From an uncultured Azospirillaceae bacterium (GTDB taxonomy: Bacteria > Pseudomonadota > Alphaproteobacteria > RF32 > CAG-239), in NCBI GenBank assembly GCA_964655915.1, contig CAZZNV010000006.1, forward strand, positions 9,256-73,255: a DNA stretch of 64,000 nt, given 5' to 3'. Made by a program: the position numbers and the translations under genes. Positions 40,778-51,569 of the stretch are shown here, piece after piece (the first letter of the stretch is position 1; the number at the start of each line of letters is the position of its first letter). The notes beneath the pieces are model-generated. The model saw only the letters and a program-made list of their open reading frames with translations, searched no databases and was not told the origin of the DNA.

Positions 40778-43237
40778 TTAGCAAGCTTTTATATGCCAAA
40801 TGTTTTTTGCGTATTCGGCAACAGCGCGATCAGAGGTAAACTTTCCAATGCGTGCTACATTCAGAAGAGCTTTTTTCGCCCAAGCTTCTTTGTTCAAAAA
40901 GTCGTGCTCTGCCTCTTGCATTTTTTTATCAAAAGCTTCCAGATCTGCTAATACGAAAAAGTAGTCGCGGTTAACCAATTCCTCAAAAATCGGTTTAAAT
41001 AGCAACATATAGTCTTTTTCACAGAATTCGTTTGAGTTAACTGCGTTTAAAATGCGCTTAATATATGGACTGTTTTCATATATTTCACGCGGATTATAAG
41101 AAGCGCGTCGTTCCTGAATTTCTTTTTCCGTCAACCCGAAAAGATAAAAGTTTTCAGCACCAACTTCCTCACGAATTTCGATATTGGCTCCATCAAGTGT
41201 GCCGATTGTTAAAGCTCCGTTTAAGGCAAACTTCATATTACCCGTTCCGCTGGCTTCAAAGCCCGCGGTAGAGGATTGAACGCTTAAATCAGCTCCGGGC
41301 ATCAAAATTTCAGCCAAAGAAACTTTGTAGTCGGGGATAAAGACAACTTTCAGCAATTCATTAACGCGAGGGTCATTGTTAACCACTTCGGCAACATTAT
41401 TGATGAGTTTGATAATCAGTTTGGCAAAGTTGTACGAAGGAGCTGCCTTTCCCGCAAAAATATACGTTTTTGCCGTAACCGGCTTAATATTATCACGCGT
41501 AATCGCTAAATATTCTCCGATAACCTGTAAAATAGTCATCAACTGGCGCTTGTATTCGTGGATACGCTTAGCATGTACGATAAACATGCTTTTGGGGTTA
41601 ACCATTTGGTTGGTCGCCTTAAATATAGCTTGAGCTAAACGTTCCTTATTCATTAATTTGACCGCTCCAAACTCTTTAAGGAATTTCTTATCATCAGCAA
41701 AATCTTCTAATTTGCGAAGTTCTTCCAAGTGTGTAATCCAACCTTTTCCGATTTTTGCGGAAATAAGAGACGAAAGAGCCGTGTTGGCATGTAACAACCA
41801 GCGACGAGGGGTAATACCGTTTGTTACATTGGTAAACTTTTCAGGCCATAAAGCATAGAACTCAGGTACCAAAGATGTCTTAATTAATTCGGAGTGAATT
41901 TGTGCGACACCGTTAACCGAAAAAGAACCGACAATAGACAAGTTTGCCATTCTTATAATTTGATTCTCACCATCTCCGGAAACAATAGAAACCTTTTCGA
42001 GCTTATCAGTATCATCACCAAATTTTGTTTTGGCAAATTCAATAAAGCGACGGTTGATTTCATAAATAATCTGCAAGTGGCGAGGTAACATACGTCCGAG
42101 GATTCTTGACGGCCATGTTTCCAAAGCTTCCGGAAGTAAAGTGTGGTTGGTATAAGCAAACACACGAGTTGTAATATCCCAAGCTTTTTCCCAGTCCTGC
42201 CCGTGAATATCCACTAACACGCGCATCAGTTCCGGAATGGCAATAGCCGGATGGGTGTCGTTGAGTTGGATACAAACTTTATCAGGAAGTTCACTAAAGT
42301 CATTGCTCTTTTCCAAAAAGCGACGAACAATATCTTGAATGGCGCAGGAAGCAAAGAAGTATTGTTGTTTCAGACGTAATGCTTTCCCTGATTCAACAGC
42401 ATCAGAAGGGTATAAAACCTTAGAAATTGTTTCGGCTTCGGTTTTTTCTTTCATGGCTTCAATGTAACCGCCGTTATTGAAGATGTTAATATCCAACTCG
42501 TCGTCAGTTTTAGCAGAAAATAACCGCAGATAGTTAACAGATTTCCCATCGTAACCCACAATCGGAAAATCAAAGGGAACACCATACAAAGTTTGAGTAT
42601 TCATCCACATAAAAGTTTTTTGCCCGTCGGGGTTATCAAGAGCCTCAACATCGCCGTAGATAGGAATTTTAACCGTGCGGTCAAGTCTGGCAAATTGCCA
42701 AGGAGAAGATTCGCCTTTCCAGCTGTCAGCCTGTTCAATTTGATAACCGTTTTCAAAACGTTGTTTAAACAAACCGAATTGGTAGTTTATGCCATACCCG
42801 AACCCCGGAAGTCCGAGCGAGGCCATTGAATCCAAATAGCAGGCGGCCAAGCGTCCTAAACCACCGTTTCCGAGAGCAGGGTCGTATTCTGTATCAAAAA
42901 TTTCTTGAAGAGAAATATCAGGAAATCCGTCAATTTTAATATCTTTCAAAACATCAAACAGTCCCAAATTGTGCAAGTTGTTCTCCAATGAACGTCCGAT
43001 AAGATATTCAATCGAAAGATAATAAATGCGTTTGGTGTTGCATTTGTTGTAGCGAGAAATTGTCTCATACATTCTATCCATGGCAAATTCGCGAACAGCC
43101 AGCGAAACGGCAGACAATGCCTCATCTTTCGTAACTTCGCAAGTACGTTTGCCGATAAAATATTTGATGTAATGTTCAATAGACAACTTTAATCGCGCTT
43201 TGTCGATTTCATTAATAATCGCGGAATTTTTCTTCAC
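40778..43237 (-). CDS. glgP: Glycogen/alpha-glucan phosphorylase
   Basis: LGNGGLGRLAAC, QLNDTHP, KRIHEYKRQL and PLP site EASGTGNMKF. Confidence 0.96.
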   Translation of the reverse strand: MKKNSAIINEIDKARLKLSIEHYIKYFIGKRTCEVTKDEALSAVSLAVREFAMDRMYETISRYNKCNTKRIYYLSIEYLIGRSLENNLHNLGLFDVLKDIKIDGFPDISLQEIFDTEYDPALGNGGLGRLAACYLDSMASLGLPGFGYGINYQFGLFKQRFENGYQIEQADSWKGESSPWQFARLDRTVKIPIYGDVEALDNPDGQKTFMWMNTQTLYGVPFDFPIVGYDGKSVNYLRLFSAKTDDELDINIFNNGGYIEAMKEKTEAETISKVLYPSDAVESGKALRLKQQYFFASCAIQDIVRRFLEKSNDFSELPDKVCIQLNDTHPAIAIPELMRVLVDIHGQDWEKAWDITTRVFAYTNHTLLPEALETWPSRILGRMLPRHLQIIYEINRRFIEFAKTKFGDDTDKLEKVSIVSGDGENQIIRMANLSIVGSFSVNGVAQIHSELIKTSLVPEFYALWPEKFTNVTNGITPRRWLLHANTALSSLISAKIGKGWITHLEELRKLEDFADDKKFLKEFGAVKLMNKERLAQAIFKATNQMVNPKSMFIVHAKRIHEYKRQLMTILQVIGEYLAITRDNIKPVTAKTYIFAGKAAPSYNFAKLIIKLINNVAEVVNNDPRVNELLKVVFIPDYKVSLAEILMPGADLSVQSSTAGFEASGTGNMKFALNGALTIGTLDGANIEIREEVGAENFYLFGLTEKEIQERRASYNPREIYENSPYIKRILNAVNSNEFCEKDYMLLFKPIFEELVNRDYFFVLADLEAFDKKMQEAEHDFLNKEAWAKKALLNVARIGKFTSDRAVAEYAKNIWHIKAC

Positions 43238-43412
43238 TGTGATACACTCCTAATTGAATAAATACTCAGCTATCCACAACTCTAGAGGCAATTGTTTGAG
43301 ATATGGTTAATGATATAATTCTGTTGTGGGATTTTTTTAGAAAATTTCTTGTAAAATAGAGCATCTGTAATATAATCCACTGGAATTTATGCGTATTTTT
43401 AAGGTGAGAAAA

Positions 43413-44768
43413 ATGAAAAGAACTTTTGTAGCAAATTTAATGGTGGCTACGGCTCTGTGCTTCACTAATCCAGCAAGAGCTGAGAATATTTTTGAGGCAT
43501 TGAGCGAAACTTATAACACAAACCCGACTTTGCAGGCGCAAAGAGCTTATTTACGCGGGGTTGATGAAAATGTCGCCATCGCCAAATCCGGTTATCGCCC
43601 CAATATCGCACTGACCGGCGGATACAGGGATACAAATTCTAATGTGGATACATTAGTGGGCGGCGGTGATAGTAAAGTAACATCAATGGCTGCAAAAATT
43701 TCACAACCGGTTTTTAACGGACTATCCACTCTGAATGCTGTCAAATCAGCAGATAGCTATGTTCGTGCGGAGCAGAATAACCTATATTCCGTGGAGCAGA
43801 GCGTTTTTCTGGATGCCTCTACGGCCTATTTGGATGTGATGCAAAATGAAGCGATTGTCGAGTTGCAAAAGAATAATGAAAAGTTATTGAAAAAGCGTTT
43901 GGACGAAACTATTCAGCGCTTTAATGTCGGCGAAGTAACGAGAACCGATGTTTCCCAAGCCAGAGCGCGTCATTCGCAGGCTGTGTCAGACCGTATTGCT
44001 TCGGAAGGAACATATGAGGCATCTAAGGCTATTTATGTTCAGCTTATCGGGCGTCAACCGGAAAAATTGGAGGAGCCTGAAGCTATAAAAGACTTCCTGC
44101 CCAAAACCTATGATGATGCCTATAATATCGCATTGGCAAACAACTATAATATTCAACGGGCTAAACACTTACTCGATTCCAAAAATTATGACGTTAACGC
44201 CAATACCGGAGCTTTACTTCCTCAGGTAAGTTTGGACGGCTCGGTATCTAAAATTAAAACTGATACAGAAAGCTCTTACGGCGATTCGACGGCAGATAAT
44301 GTTGAATGGGGGGTTAATATGACGATTCCTCTGTATAATTCCGGAGAAAGTCGTGCCAAGATTCGCCAAAGTAAGTACCTTAAATGGCAAGCTCATGAAC
44401 AGGTTTTGGAAGCAGAACGCCAAGTGAAATCGATTGTTTCCAGCGCATGGGAATATATGGTTGCTAACCAGTCTAAAATCAAAGCTATTCAAGAACAAGT
44501 TAAAGCAAACGAAATTGCTTTGGACGGTGTTCAAAAAGAAGAGGCTTTGGGTAATCGTACGATTTTAGATGTGTTGGATGCCTATCAGGAGCTTTTAAAC
44601 TCAAATGTAAACGAGGTTAAAGCTCGTCGTGATTATTACGTTTCAGGAATGAACTTGTTGGTTGCTATGGGAAAATTGACGGCTGAAAACCTCAATTTGG
44701 GCGTTGATGTTTACCATCCCAAAAAGTTTTATAAAGAAACACGCGATAAATGGTTAGCTTTAGAGTAA
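43413..44768 (+). CDS. tolC: TolC family outer membrane protein
   Basis: Signal peptide, NPTL.A.R, RFNVGEVTRTDV.QA and G.RT.LDVLDA.QEL. Confidence 0.93.
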   Translation: MKRTFVANLMVATALCFTNPARAENIFEALSETYNTNPTLQAQRAYLRGVDENVAIAKSGYRPNIALTGGYRDTNSNVDTLVGGGDSKVTSMAAKISQPVFNGLSTLNAVKSADSYVRAEQNNLYSVEQSVFLDASTAYLDVMQNEAIVELQKNNEKLLKKRLDETIQRFNVGEVTRTDVSQARARHSQAVSDRIASEGTYEASKAIYVQLIGRQPEKLEEPEAIKDFLPKTYDDAYNIALANNYNIQRAKHLLDSKNYDVNANTGALLPQVSLDGSVSKIKTDTESSYGDSTADNVEWGVNMTIPLYNSGESRAKIRQSKYLKWQAHEQVLEAERQVKSIVSSAWEYMVANQSKIKAIQEQVKANEIALDGVQKEEALGNRTILDVLDAYQELLNSNVNEVKARRDYYVSGMNLLVAMGKLTAENLNLGVDVYHPKKFYKETRDKWLALE

Positions 44769-44852
44769 GTTTTCCAAAGGTTGTATAAACTCTTGATAAA
44801 CAGAGAAAAGTGTGTTTAACTGTTCACAAATATCTAATACGGGAACTGTAAA

Positions 44853-45899
44853 ATGGTAGATAACAACGAAGAACTCTCTATGGAAGACATCTTGTCGTCA
44901 ATAAAAAATATTTTGACGGAAGATGAACAGGCAAATCAAACTGTTTCAACCGCACCGGAAACTCCGGACGAACCGACGGAGGCAGTTTCCCTGCCAGATG
45001 AAACGGATGATGTTCTGGATTTGTCTCCCTCAATGATGGTTACGGAAAATATTGATTTGGTTGCTGAATTGAGTGACGTTCCTTCTGATGTTACGCCGAC
45101 AAGTGTTGAAGATATGGTAAATGATACGGAGAATGTTTCTTTACCGGCATCTGAGTCGCTTGATGATTCAGACCCATTTGACTTTTTGGGAGGGAGTGCT
45201 TTACCGGATATAGACAGAGACATCTTGGCTCCTGAGTCGGAGGTTGTTCCGTCTGTTGATGAAGTGGCAGAGCCTGAAAAAGAGGTTGAAACGACACCTG
45301 TTGCAGAGCAAGAAGATGCCCCCTTGTTTGAGCCTGAGACTTATATCGCTCCGGAACCTGTTCAGGTGCAAAATACTGAGCCAGAACCGGAACCTGAGGT
45401 TGCGAGTGTAGAAGAGCCGATAGTTGTTGAGGTCGTAGCTCCTGTTGAGGTTGAACCGGAACCTGTTTCTGTCGTTGAGGAACAACCGCAAACACAATTT
45501 TCTGCTCCAGAGCCGGAAACTGCTGCACCTCAGGCTTCTGAAGAAGATGTTGAAGCCCAAGAAAAAGATGCAACCGATGTTTCGGCATCTATCATTAGTA
45601 ATTTTGCTAAAATGTTCAGCCGTGAAAATAAAGGAGAAGCCGTATCAGAGCCGATAGAGCAAATTTCTGCTTTAGGCAATGGCGGAAAAACAATTGAAGG
45701 TGTTGTTGTTGATGTAATTCGCAGCATTATTGGCAATGAAGTTTCCGAAAACTGGCGTAAAGGTGCGGATTATGATCGTTTTGCCAGAGAAGAAACGATT
45801 CGCCAAACGGCGGAATGGCTGGATAAAAATCTACCGGCTATTGTTGAGAAGGCCGTTAAAGCAGAGATTGAACGAGTGATGGAAAAGGTCGGCAGTTAG
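44853..45899 (+). CDS. popZ: Polar organizing protein PopZ (DUF2497)
   Basis: N-terminal SMEDILSSIKNIL helix, long Pro/Glu-rich linker and C-terminal EWLD.NLP.IVE..V..EIER; located between tolC and valS. Confidence 0.9.
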   Translation: MVDNNEELSMEDILSSIKNILTEDEQANQTVSTAPETPDEPTEAVSLPDETDDVLDLSPSMMVTENIDLVAELSDVPSDVTPTSVEDMVNDTENVSLPASESLDDSDPFDFLGGSALPDIDRDILAPESEVVPSVDEVAEPEKEVETTPVAEQEDAPLFEPETYIAPEPVQVQNTEPEPEPEVASVEEPIVVEVVAPVEVEPEPVSVVEEQPQTQFSAPEPETAAPQASEEDVEAQEKDATDVSASIISNFAKMFSRENKGEAVSEPIEQISALGNGGKTIEGVVVDVIRSIIGNEVSENWRKGADYDRFAREETIRQTAEWLDKNLPAIVEKAVKAEIERVMEKVGS

Positions 45900-45999
45900 T
45901 CAGCCGCTGATGCTGTGCCGCCCTTAAAATATGCCCCCAAATTGATTTTTGAGGGCTTTTTGCTCATCGTAAAATATGAATTTAGTATGGAAAAATAAA

Positions 46000-48636
46000 A
46001 TGTTAGAAAAAAATTATAATCCAAAAGATTTTGAAGAAAAAATTTATGCCGATTGGGAAAGTAACGGAGATTTTAAACCGGACATGCGCAGCTCCAAAGA
46101 TGCATTTTCCATTGTTATCCCGCCACCGAATGTTACAGGCGTTTTACATATGGGACATGCATTGGACGATACATTGCAAGATATTTTGATTCGCTATAAC
46201 CGTATGCTAGGCAAAAATGTTTTGTGGCAACCGGGTACAGACCATGCCGGTATTGCAACACAGATGGTTGTTGAGCGTAATTTGGCTAAAGAAGGGATTA
46301 CTCGTCACGATTTAGGCCGAGAAAAGTTTATAGAAACAGTTTGGAAATGGCGTGAGAAATCGGGTGGAACCATCTGCAAACAATTGCGCCGATTGGGGGC
46401 TTCGTGCGACTGGAGCCGCGAACGCTTTACCATGGATGAAGGTTTGAGCCGCGCTGTTCGCAAAATTTTTGTTAATTTGTATAAAGACGGTTTGATTTAC
46501 AAAGCCAAAAAGTTAGTGAACTGGGATTCTAAGTTTATGACTGCTGTTTCTGATTTGGAAGTTATCCAAAAAGAAACCGTCGGAAAAATGTATTACTACA
46601 AATATCCGATTGAAGGTGAGGCGGGAGAGTTTATTCACATTGCCACCACGCGTCCGGAAACCATGTTCGGTGACACGGCCGTTGCCATCAGTAAAGATAA
46701 TGAAAAGCTCAAACATCTGATTGGTAAAAATGCGATTCTTCCGATTGTTAATCGTCCGATTCCGATTATTGCCGATGACCATGCTGATCCGGAAAAGGGA
46801 ACCGGCGCGGTTAAAATCACGCCGGCACATGATTTTAATGACTTTGAGGTCGGTAAACGTCACAATTTGCCGATGATTAATATTCTCAACGAAGATGCAA
46901 CTCTGAATGAAAATACTCCCTTTGCGGGAATGGATACGCAAACAGCGCGTCAGAAAACCATTGAAAAGATGACCGAACTCGGTTTAATGGAAAAAATAGA
47001 AGATCATCCGATGGTTATACCATATGGTGACCGCTCCGGCGTTGTTATTGAACCGTTAATGACGGATCAGTGGTTTGTTGATGCGCCGACTTTAGCCAAA
47101 GAGGCGATTCGCGTAGTTGAAGAAGGCGAGATGAAGTTTGTTCCGGCATCTTATGAAAAAACATACTTCGAATGGATGCGCAACATTCAACCATGGTGTA
47201 TTTCCCGTCAATTGTGGTGGGGGCACCAAATGCCGATTTGGTACGGGCCTGACGGCCATATCTTCTGCGAAGAAAATGAAGAGGAAGCACAGGTTGCAGC
47301 GGATAAGTTTTATGGAAAACATGAAAAATTAACACGTGAAACAGATGTTTTAGATACATGGTTTTCTTCCGGATTATGGGCTTTTTCAACATTAGGCTGG
47401 CCGGATAAAACAGAATTCCTTGATACATTCTACCCGACTTCGGTTCTGGTTACAGGTTTTGACATCATTTTCTTCTGGGTTGCCCGTATGATGATGATGA
47501 GTATGTACATGATGAAGAAAGTTCCATTCAAAACTTGTTATATTCATGGTTTGGTTCGTGATGAACACGGGCATAAAATGTCAAAGTCAAAAGGTAATAC
47601 GGTTGATCCGATGGAAACGATTGAAACGTACGGTGCTGATGCTCTGCGTTTCTTCATGGCGGCAATGGAAACACAAGGTCGTGATATTAACATGTCTGAA
47701 AGCCGCATCGCCGGTTATCGTAATTTTGCGACAAAACTTTGGAATGCCGCACGTTTCGGTGAAATGAACGGTTGCTTTGAAACGAGCACTTTAGATGAAA
47801 ATACGGTTAAACATCCGGTAAACAAATGGATTATAGCCAAAGCCAAAGAAGCCAGTAATGAAGTAACTTCTAACCTTAACGCATTTCGTTTTTCAGATTC
47901 GGCAAATACGGTTTACCAGTTTATCTGGGGTTCATTCTGCGACTGGTATATTGAAATGATTAAACCCATTCTTTATGGGGATAATGAGGCGGAAAAACAA
48001 GAAACTAAAGCAACATTTTCTTGGGTTTTGGATAGAATTTTGACCATATTGCATCCGTTTATGCCGTTTATTACTACCGAGCTCTGGAATAACACAGCCA
48101 AACGGGAAGTAAAGTTGATTCATGCCGCATGGCCAAAGCATGAAAATGTAGATGCAAAAGCATTGGAAGATATTGACTGGACAATCGGACTGATTTCTGC
48201 CATTCGCTCATTGCGTTCAGAAATGAATTTGCCGGCAAGCGCAAAATTGACGGTTTATCTCAAAGGAGCAGATGAGACATCCGTGGCTCATTTGCAGAAT
48301 TTTGGTGATATTATCTGTTCATTGGCGCGTTTGGAAAAACTAGAAGCCTATGACGGCACCGCCACACCGGATATGGCGCAAACAGTCTTTCGAGAGGCTG
48401 TTGTTTTGCTGCCGCTTAAAGGGGTAGTTGATTTTGCCGCAGAGCGTGAACGCCTGAACAAAGAGCTGGAAGTTCTGAATAAAAATCTGGAAGGTTATGC
48501 GCGCAAATTGGGAAATCCGAGTTTTGTAGAAAGAGCTCCGGCTGCCGTTGTTGAAGAAGAAAAACGGCGTCAGGCAGAAGCTTTAGATAAAAAAGCTAAG
48601 ACAGAAGAAGCCTTAGCAAGAATTGCAAACTTTTAA
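46000..48636 (+). CDS. valS: Valine--tRNA ligase
   Basis: PPPNVTG.LHMGH, DHAGIATQ, WCISRQLWWGH and KMSKS. Confidence 0.98.
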   Translation: MLEKNYNPKDFEEKIYADWESNGDFKPDMRSSKDAFSIVIPPPNVTGVLHMGHALDDTLQDILIRYNRMLGKNVLWQPGTDHAGIATQMVVERNLAKEGITRHDLGREKFIETVWKWREKSGGTICKQLRRLGASCDWSRERFTMDEGLSRAVRKIFVNLYKDGLIYKAKKLVNWDSKFMTAVSDLEVIQKETVGKMYYYKYPIEGEAGEFIHIATTRPETMFGDTAVAISKDNEKLKHLIGKNAILPIVNRPIPIIADDHADPEKGTGAVKITPAHDFNDFEVGKRHNLPMINILNEDATLNENTPFAGMDTQTARQKTIEKMTELGLMEKIEDHPMVIPYGDRSGVVIEPLMTDQWFVDAPTLAKEAIRVVEEGEMKFVPASYEKTYFEWMRNIQPWCISRQLWWGHQMPIWYGPDGHIFCEENEEEAQVAADKFYGKHEKLTRETDVLDTWFSSGLWAFSTLGWPDKTEFLDTFYPTSVLVTGFDIIFFWVARMMMMSMYMMKKVPFKTCYIHGLVRDEHGHKMSKSKGNTVDPMETIETYGADALRFFMAAMETQGRDINMSESRIAGYRNFATKLWNAARFGEMNGCFETSTLDENTVKHPVNKWIIAKAKEASNEVTSNLNAFRFSDSANTVYQFIWGSFCDWYIEMIKPILYGDNEAEKQETKATFSWVLDRILTILHPFMPFITTELWNNTAKREVKLIHAAWPKHENVDAKALEDIDWTIGLISAIRSLRSEMNLPASAKLTVYLKGADETSVAHLQNFGDIICSLARLEKLEAYDGTATPDMAQTVFREAVVLLPLKGVVDFAAERERLNKELEVLNKNLEGYARKLGNPSFVERAPAAVVEEEKRRQAEALDKKAKTEEALARIANF

Positions 48637-48660
48637 GTTCTAATAAAAGGAGAGAATGAA

Positions 48661-49203
48661 ATGAAATATAAATGTTTGGTTTGTGGTCAGGTTTTTGATG
48701 TTCCTGAAGGACAAGAAGCGCAATGTCCCGTATGCAAAGTGAAAGGTGAAAAACTTGTTCCTTACAAAGAGGAAGAAATGACATGGCCAGCAGAACATGT
48801 TTTAGGTGTAGCCAAAGATGTTGATGCGGAGATTATCGAGGGATTGCGCAACAATTTTAACGGCGAATGTTCAGAGGTTGGTATGTATTTGGCGATGGCT
48901 CGTCAGGCTTTACGTGAAGGATATCCTGAAATTGCCGTTGTTTTGGAACAAATTGCCCGCGAAGAGGCCGAGCATGCTTCTCGTTTTGGTGAAATGTTAG
49001 GTGAACTGGTAGAAGCAAGCACAAAGAAAAATTTGGAGAAAATGCTCGCCGGTGAAAACGGGGCTTGCCATGGAAAAATGGCAATAGCCAAAAAGGCAAA
49101 AGAGCTGAATTTAGATGCTATACACGATTCTGTTCATGAAATGGCTCGTGATGAAGCGCGCCACGGTAAAGCTCTTGAGGCATTGCTGAAAAGATATTTC
49201 TAA
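48661..49203 (+). CDS. Reverse rubrerythrin (NADH peroxidase-like)
   Basis: N-terminal rubredoxin domain CLVCG...CPVC followed by ferritin-like diiron motifs E..E, EAEH and DEARH. Confidence 0.9.
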   Translation: MKYKCLVCGQVFDVPEGQEAQCPVCKVKGEKLVPYKEEEMTWPAEHVLGVAKDVDAEIIEGLRNNFNGECSEVGMYLAMARQALREGYPEIAVVLEQIAREEAEHASRFGEMLGELVEASTKKNLEKMLAGENGACHGKMAIAKKAKELNLDAIHDSVHEMARDEARHGKALEALLKRYF

Positions 49204-49217
49204 AGACACGATAGACC

Positions 49218-49250
49218 AATCCCCCTGTTAGCAACACAGGGGGATTTTTT
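49218..49250 (+). terminator. Intrinsic terminator
   Basis: AATCCCCCTGT-tagcaac-ACAGGGGGATTTTTT. Confidence 0.8.
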
Positions 49251-49280
49251 ATGACACGTTTAACAAACCTCTGTTTAACG

Positions 49281-51026
49281 CTATACGGTTTTGACAATAT
49301 TGTGTCTGAATATGTTTTGGGTAAGCTTCGGAAGCTTGTCTTCTGCTTCTTTATATCTGTTTTCTACCAGTCTGGCTTTTTCTCTAAGTTTTTGCATGTG
49401 AGAAGATTCCGGTAACGGGAGCTTAACAGCCAGATCTATGGATGTGTTTTTCTTTTCATTTTGGAGCTGGGGGATATGCTTCTTTATTCCGTTTTGAATG
49501 TCTTTGGGGAGTTGCGCCATAGCCTTCCGCAAAATTGTGGGAGATACTCTCGCAGTCATCAGCATATTTTTAGATTCGGCATCAACAACGATTGTTATTT
49601 TCTTTTTCTTATATTTTGTTTTAGGGGAAATAACATTTTCACTTTCAGGTTCCAAAGACTGATGCTTTTTCGTGCCGATAACATAAATAAATTGAGCCAT
49701 GTCATTGGTTAATTCTCTGGCCACTTGAAAACGTTCATCGTAGCTTTTTTCCGGAAAGGCTTGCGCGCAGAAATCCGCCGTGCTGGCGATTGTCAGACCG
49801 CCATGGTGAATAGATACCGGCTGTATATCATCCACATCTCGTTTGTCTTCGCTTCTCGACTGGGTGCTGTTAGGCGAACGAAAAGCCAAGTTTTCCATAA
49901 TGTCACTGCTACTGGCGTTCTTTAATAAACTACCAATATAGCTTTTGATATTGCGTCTGACAAACACATCCCAATTGCAAGATTTATCTTCGTTAAAATT
50001 TGTTTCTTTTTCACAGATTAAAGCTGCAACAGTCTTAAAATAAAGTTCTTCAGTTTTTTCTGAGAAGGCCTTTTGACGAATATCTTCCTTTTCCTTATCC
50101 GAGGTATATTCGCCGGATAATCCCAAAGCTGTGTCAATAGCAGCATCGCCGTATTTTTTCACCATTGTCGAATGAAAACGTCTATATTGTGTTTCAACAG
50201 ATGTATTACCTGCAGATGTTTGTCCGGCATCCAGCATGTTTCCGAAAAATTTATAAAATTCTGATTTTGCGTTTTTATTAAAATCTTCTCTAAGGTCAGC
50301 TTGAAACTTTTCTTTGGCTTGTTCATCTTTGTTGATGGCAACAGATTTTCTTTTTCCTGAAGATTCTTCGACAATTTTCCGTTCCACACCATAACAGATA
50401 TACTCAAGTTTTTTAGGAAGAAAAGCCGTTCCCAGACTATCTCGTATATTTTCAATAACAAAATTTTTATCTTTTTGAGTTTCAAGATATTTCAAATCCG
50501 TTTGGATTAATTTTTTTAATTGTTCGGTTCTTCCTTGAAGCAGGTTAAAAAGTTTTTCAGCCCCTTCGTCTGTCATTTTTCCGGAGAATATATCGGAAGC
50601 AGTCTGATCGGCATCGCTAATTCCAAGAGTATGTAAAGTGGAAGCCAAATTCTCCTGGGCATTAGGAAGATGATCCGTTCCTTCACCTTTACACAGATGA
50701 AAATAGCCCATAGTTTTGTATAGGTTGACAACTCTGTCTTGTTTTATTCGGTCAATAATTTTTTCTTTAGATGCATTTCCGTTGTCATCAACCAAATTTT
50801 CAAGATCATAATTTGCGGCCAGTTCAAAAGCTTCATCGTTTTCAAAAGAATTTGCATTTAATTCGGCAACACGCTCAAAAATATCTTCAAATTTTTTGGA
50901 GGATATTTTTTCTGATGGGAGCTGAGTCAGCGCAAATAGAGCAAACTCTGTATAAAGAAGCTCTGTTTTGTTTGGTTGTGGAGCATTGCTTATTTTCTTC
51001 TTGGCCATAATTTTGTCTCCTATCAT
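49281..51026 (-). CDS. Hypothetical 581-aa protein, possible degenerate HNH-like motif in the C-terminal part
   Basis: Long uninterrupted ORF; GGAG before internal ATG 51008 (likely start); motif SIHH...TND...H. Confidence 0.75.
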   Translation of the reverse strand: MIGDKIMAKKKISNAPQPNKTELLYTEFALFALTQLPSEKISSKKFEDIFERVAELNANSFENDEAFELAANYDLENLVDDNGNASKEKIIDRIKQDRVVNLYKTMGYFHLCKGEGTDHLPNAQENLASTLHTLGISDADQTASDIFSGKMTDEGAEKLFNLLQGRTEQLKKLIQTDLKYLETQKDKNFVIENIRDSLGTAFLPKKLEYICYGVERKIVEESSGKRKSVAINKDEQAKEKFQADLREDFNKNAKSEFYKFFGNMLDAGQTSAGNTSVETQYRRFHSTMVKKYGDAAIDTALGLSGEYTSDKEKEDIRQKAFSEKTEELYFKTVAALICEKETNFNEDKSCNWDVFVRRNIKSYIGSLLKNASSSDIMENLAFRSPNSTQSRSEDKRDVDDIQPVSIHHGGLTIASTADFCAQAFPEKSYDERFQVARELTNDMAQFIYVIGTKKHQSLEPESENVISPKTKYKKKKITIVVDAESKNMLMTARVSPTILRKAMAQLPKDIQNGIKKHIPQLQNEKKNTSIDLAVKLPLPESSHMQKLREKARLVENRYKEAEDKLPKLTQNIFRHNIVKTV

Positions 51027-51090
51027 TTATATAGAGTATAAAACGATAGTGTTTTTTTGTCAATAAAGTCTAAAATAAAAAATATAAAGC

Positions 51091-51119
51091 TTGACTTTTT
51101 GTCTTTTTTGTCATATAAA
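51091..51119 (+). promoter_or_regulatory. Sigma70-type promoter
   Basis: TTGACT-N17-TATAAA upstream of ORF 51153. Confidence 0.6.
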
Positions 51120-51152
51120 ATGCGCTACAAATCTTAAAATTTATAAATTAGT

Positions 51153-51509
51153 ATGGATAAAGACACGTTCAAGTTTCTGCGCAAGTACTACAATCTTCCC
51201 GCAGAACTTAGTCTCAGCTGGTGTATTATAAAAGAGACCAATCAAAATAACGAAGTGGAAATTCGAATAGGCGCAAAAATAGGAAATAGTAAAACTGCCA
51301 TTGATGTGTTTACTCGTAAGTTCGTTTCGGAAATTGATCTTGCTGAATGTAAAAGGGAATTTATTCCTGTTCGTCGCCACTTAAAAGACAACGAAGTCGA
51401 ATTTTGGGTCGATGGCGGTTGCTCTTTGGCGCTTCCCCGAAACTTTATGAGCGACGTTTATACCTCTTCATGGTACGATGAGGAAACGCTCAAAAGAGTG
51501 TGGCTCTAG
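51153..51509 (+). CDS. Hypothetical protein
   Basis: 118-aa ORF flanked by its own promoter and a hairpin (51512-51548). Confidence 0.65.
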   Translation: MDKDTFKFLRKYYNLPAELSLSWCIIKETNQNNEVEIRIGAKIGNSKTAIDVFTRKFVSEIDLAECKREFIPVRRHLKDNEVEFWVDGGCSLALPRNFMSDVYTSSWYDEETLKRVWL

Positions 51510-51569
51510 CTAAAAAAGCTCTGGAACTTTGCGTTCTGGAGCTTTTTTGTTTTGTTATAATATTATCTT

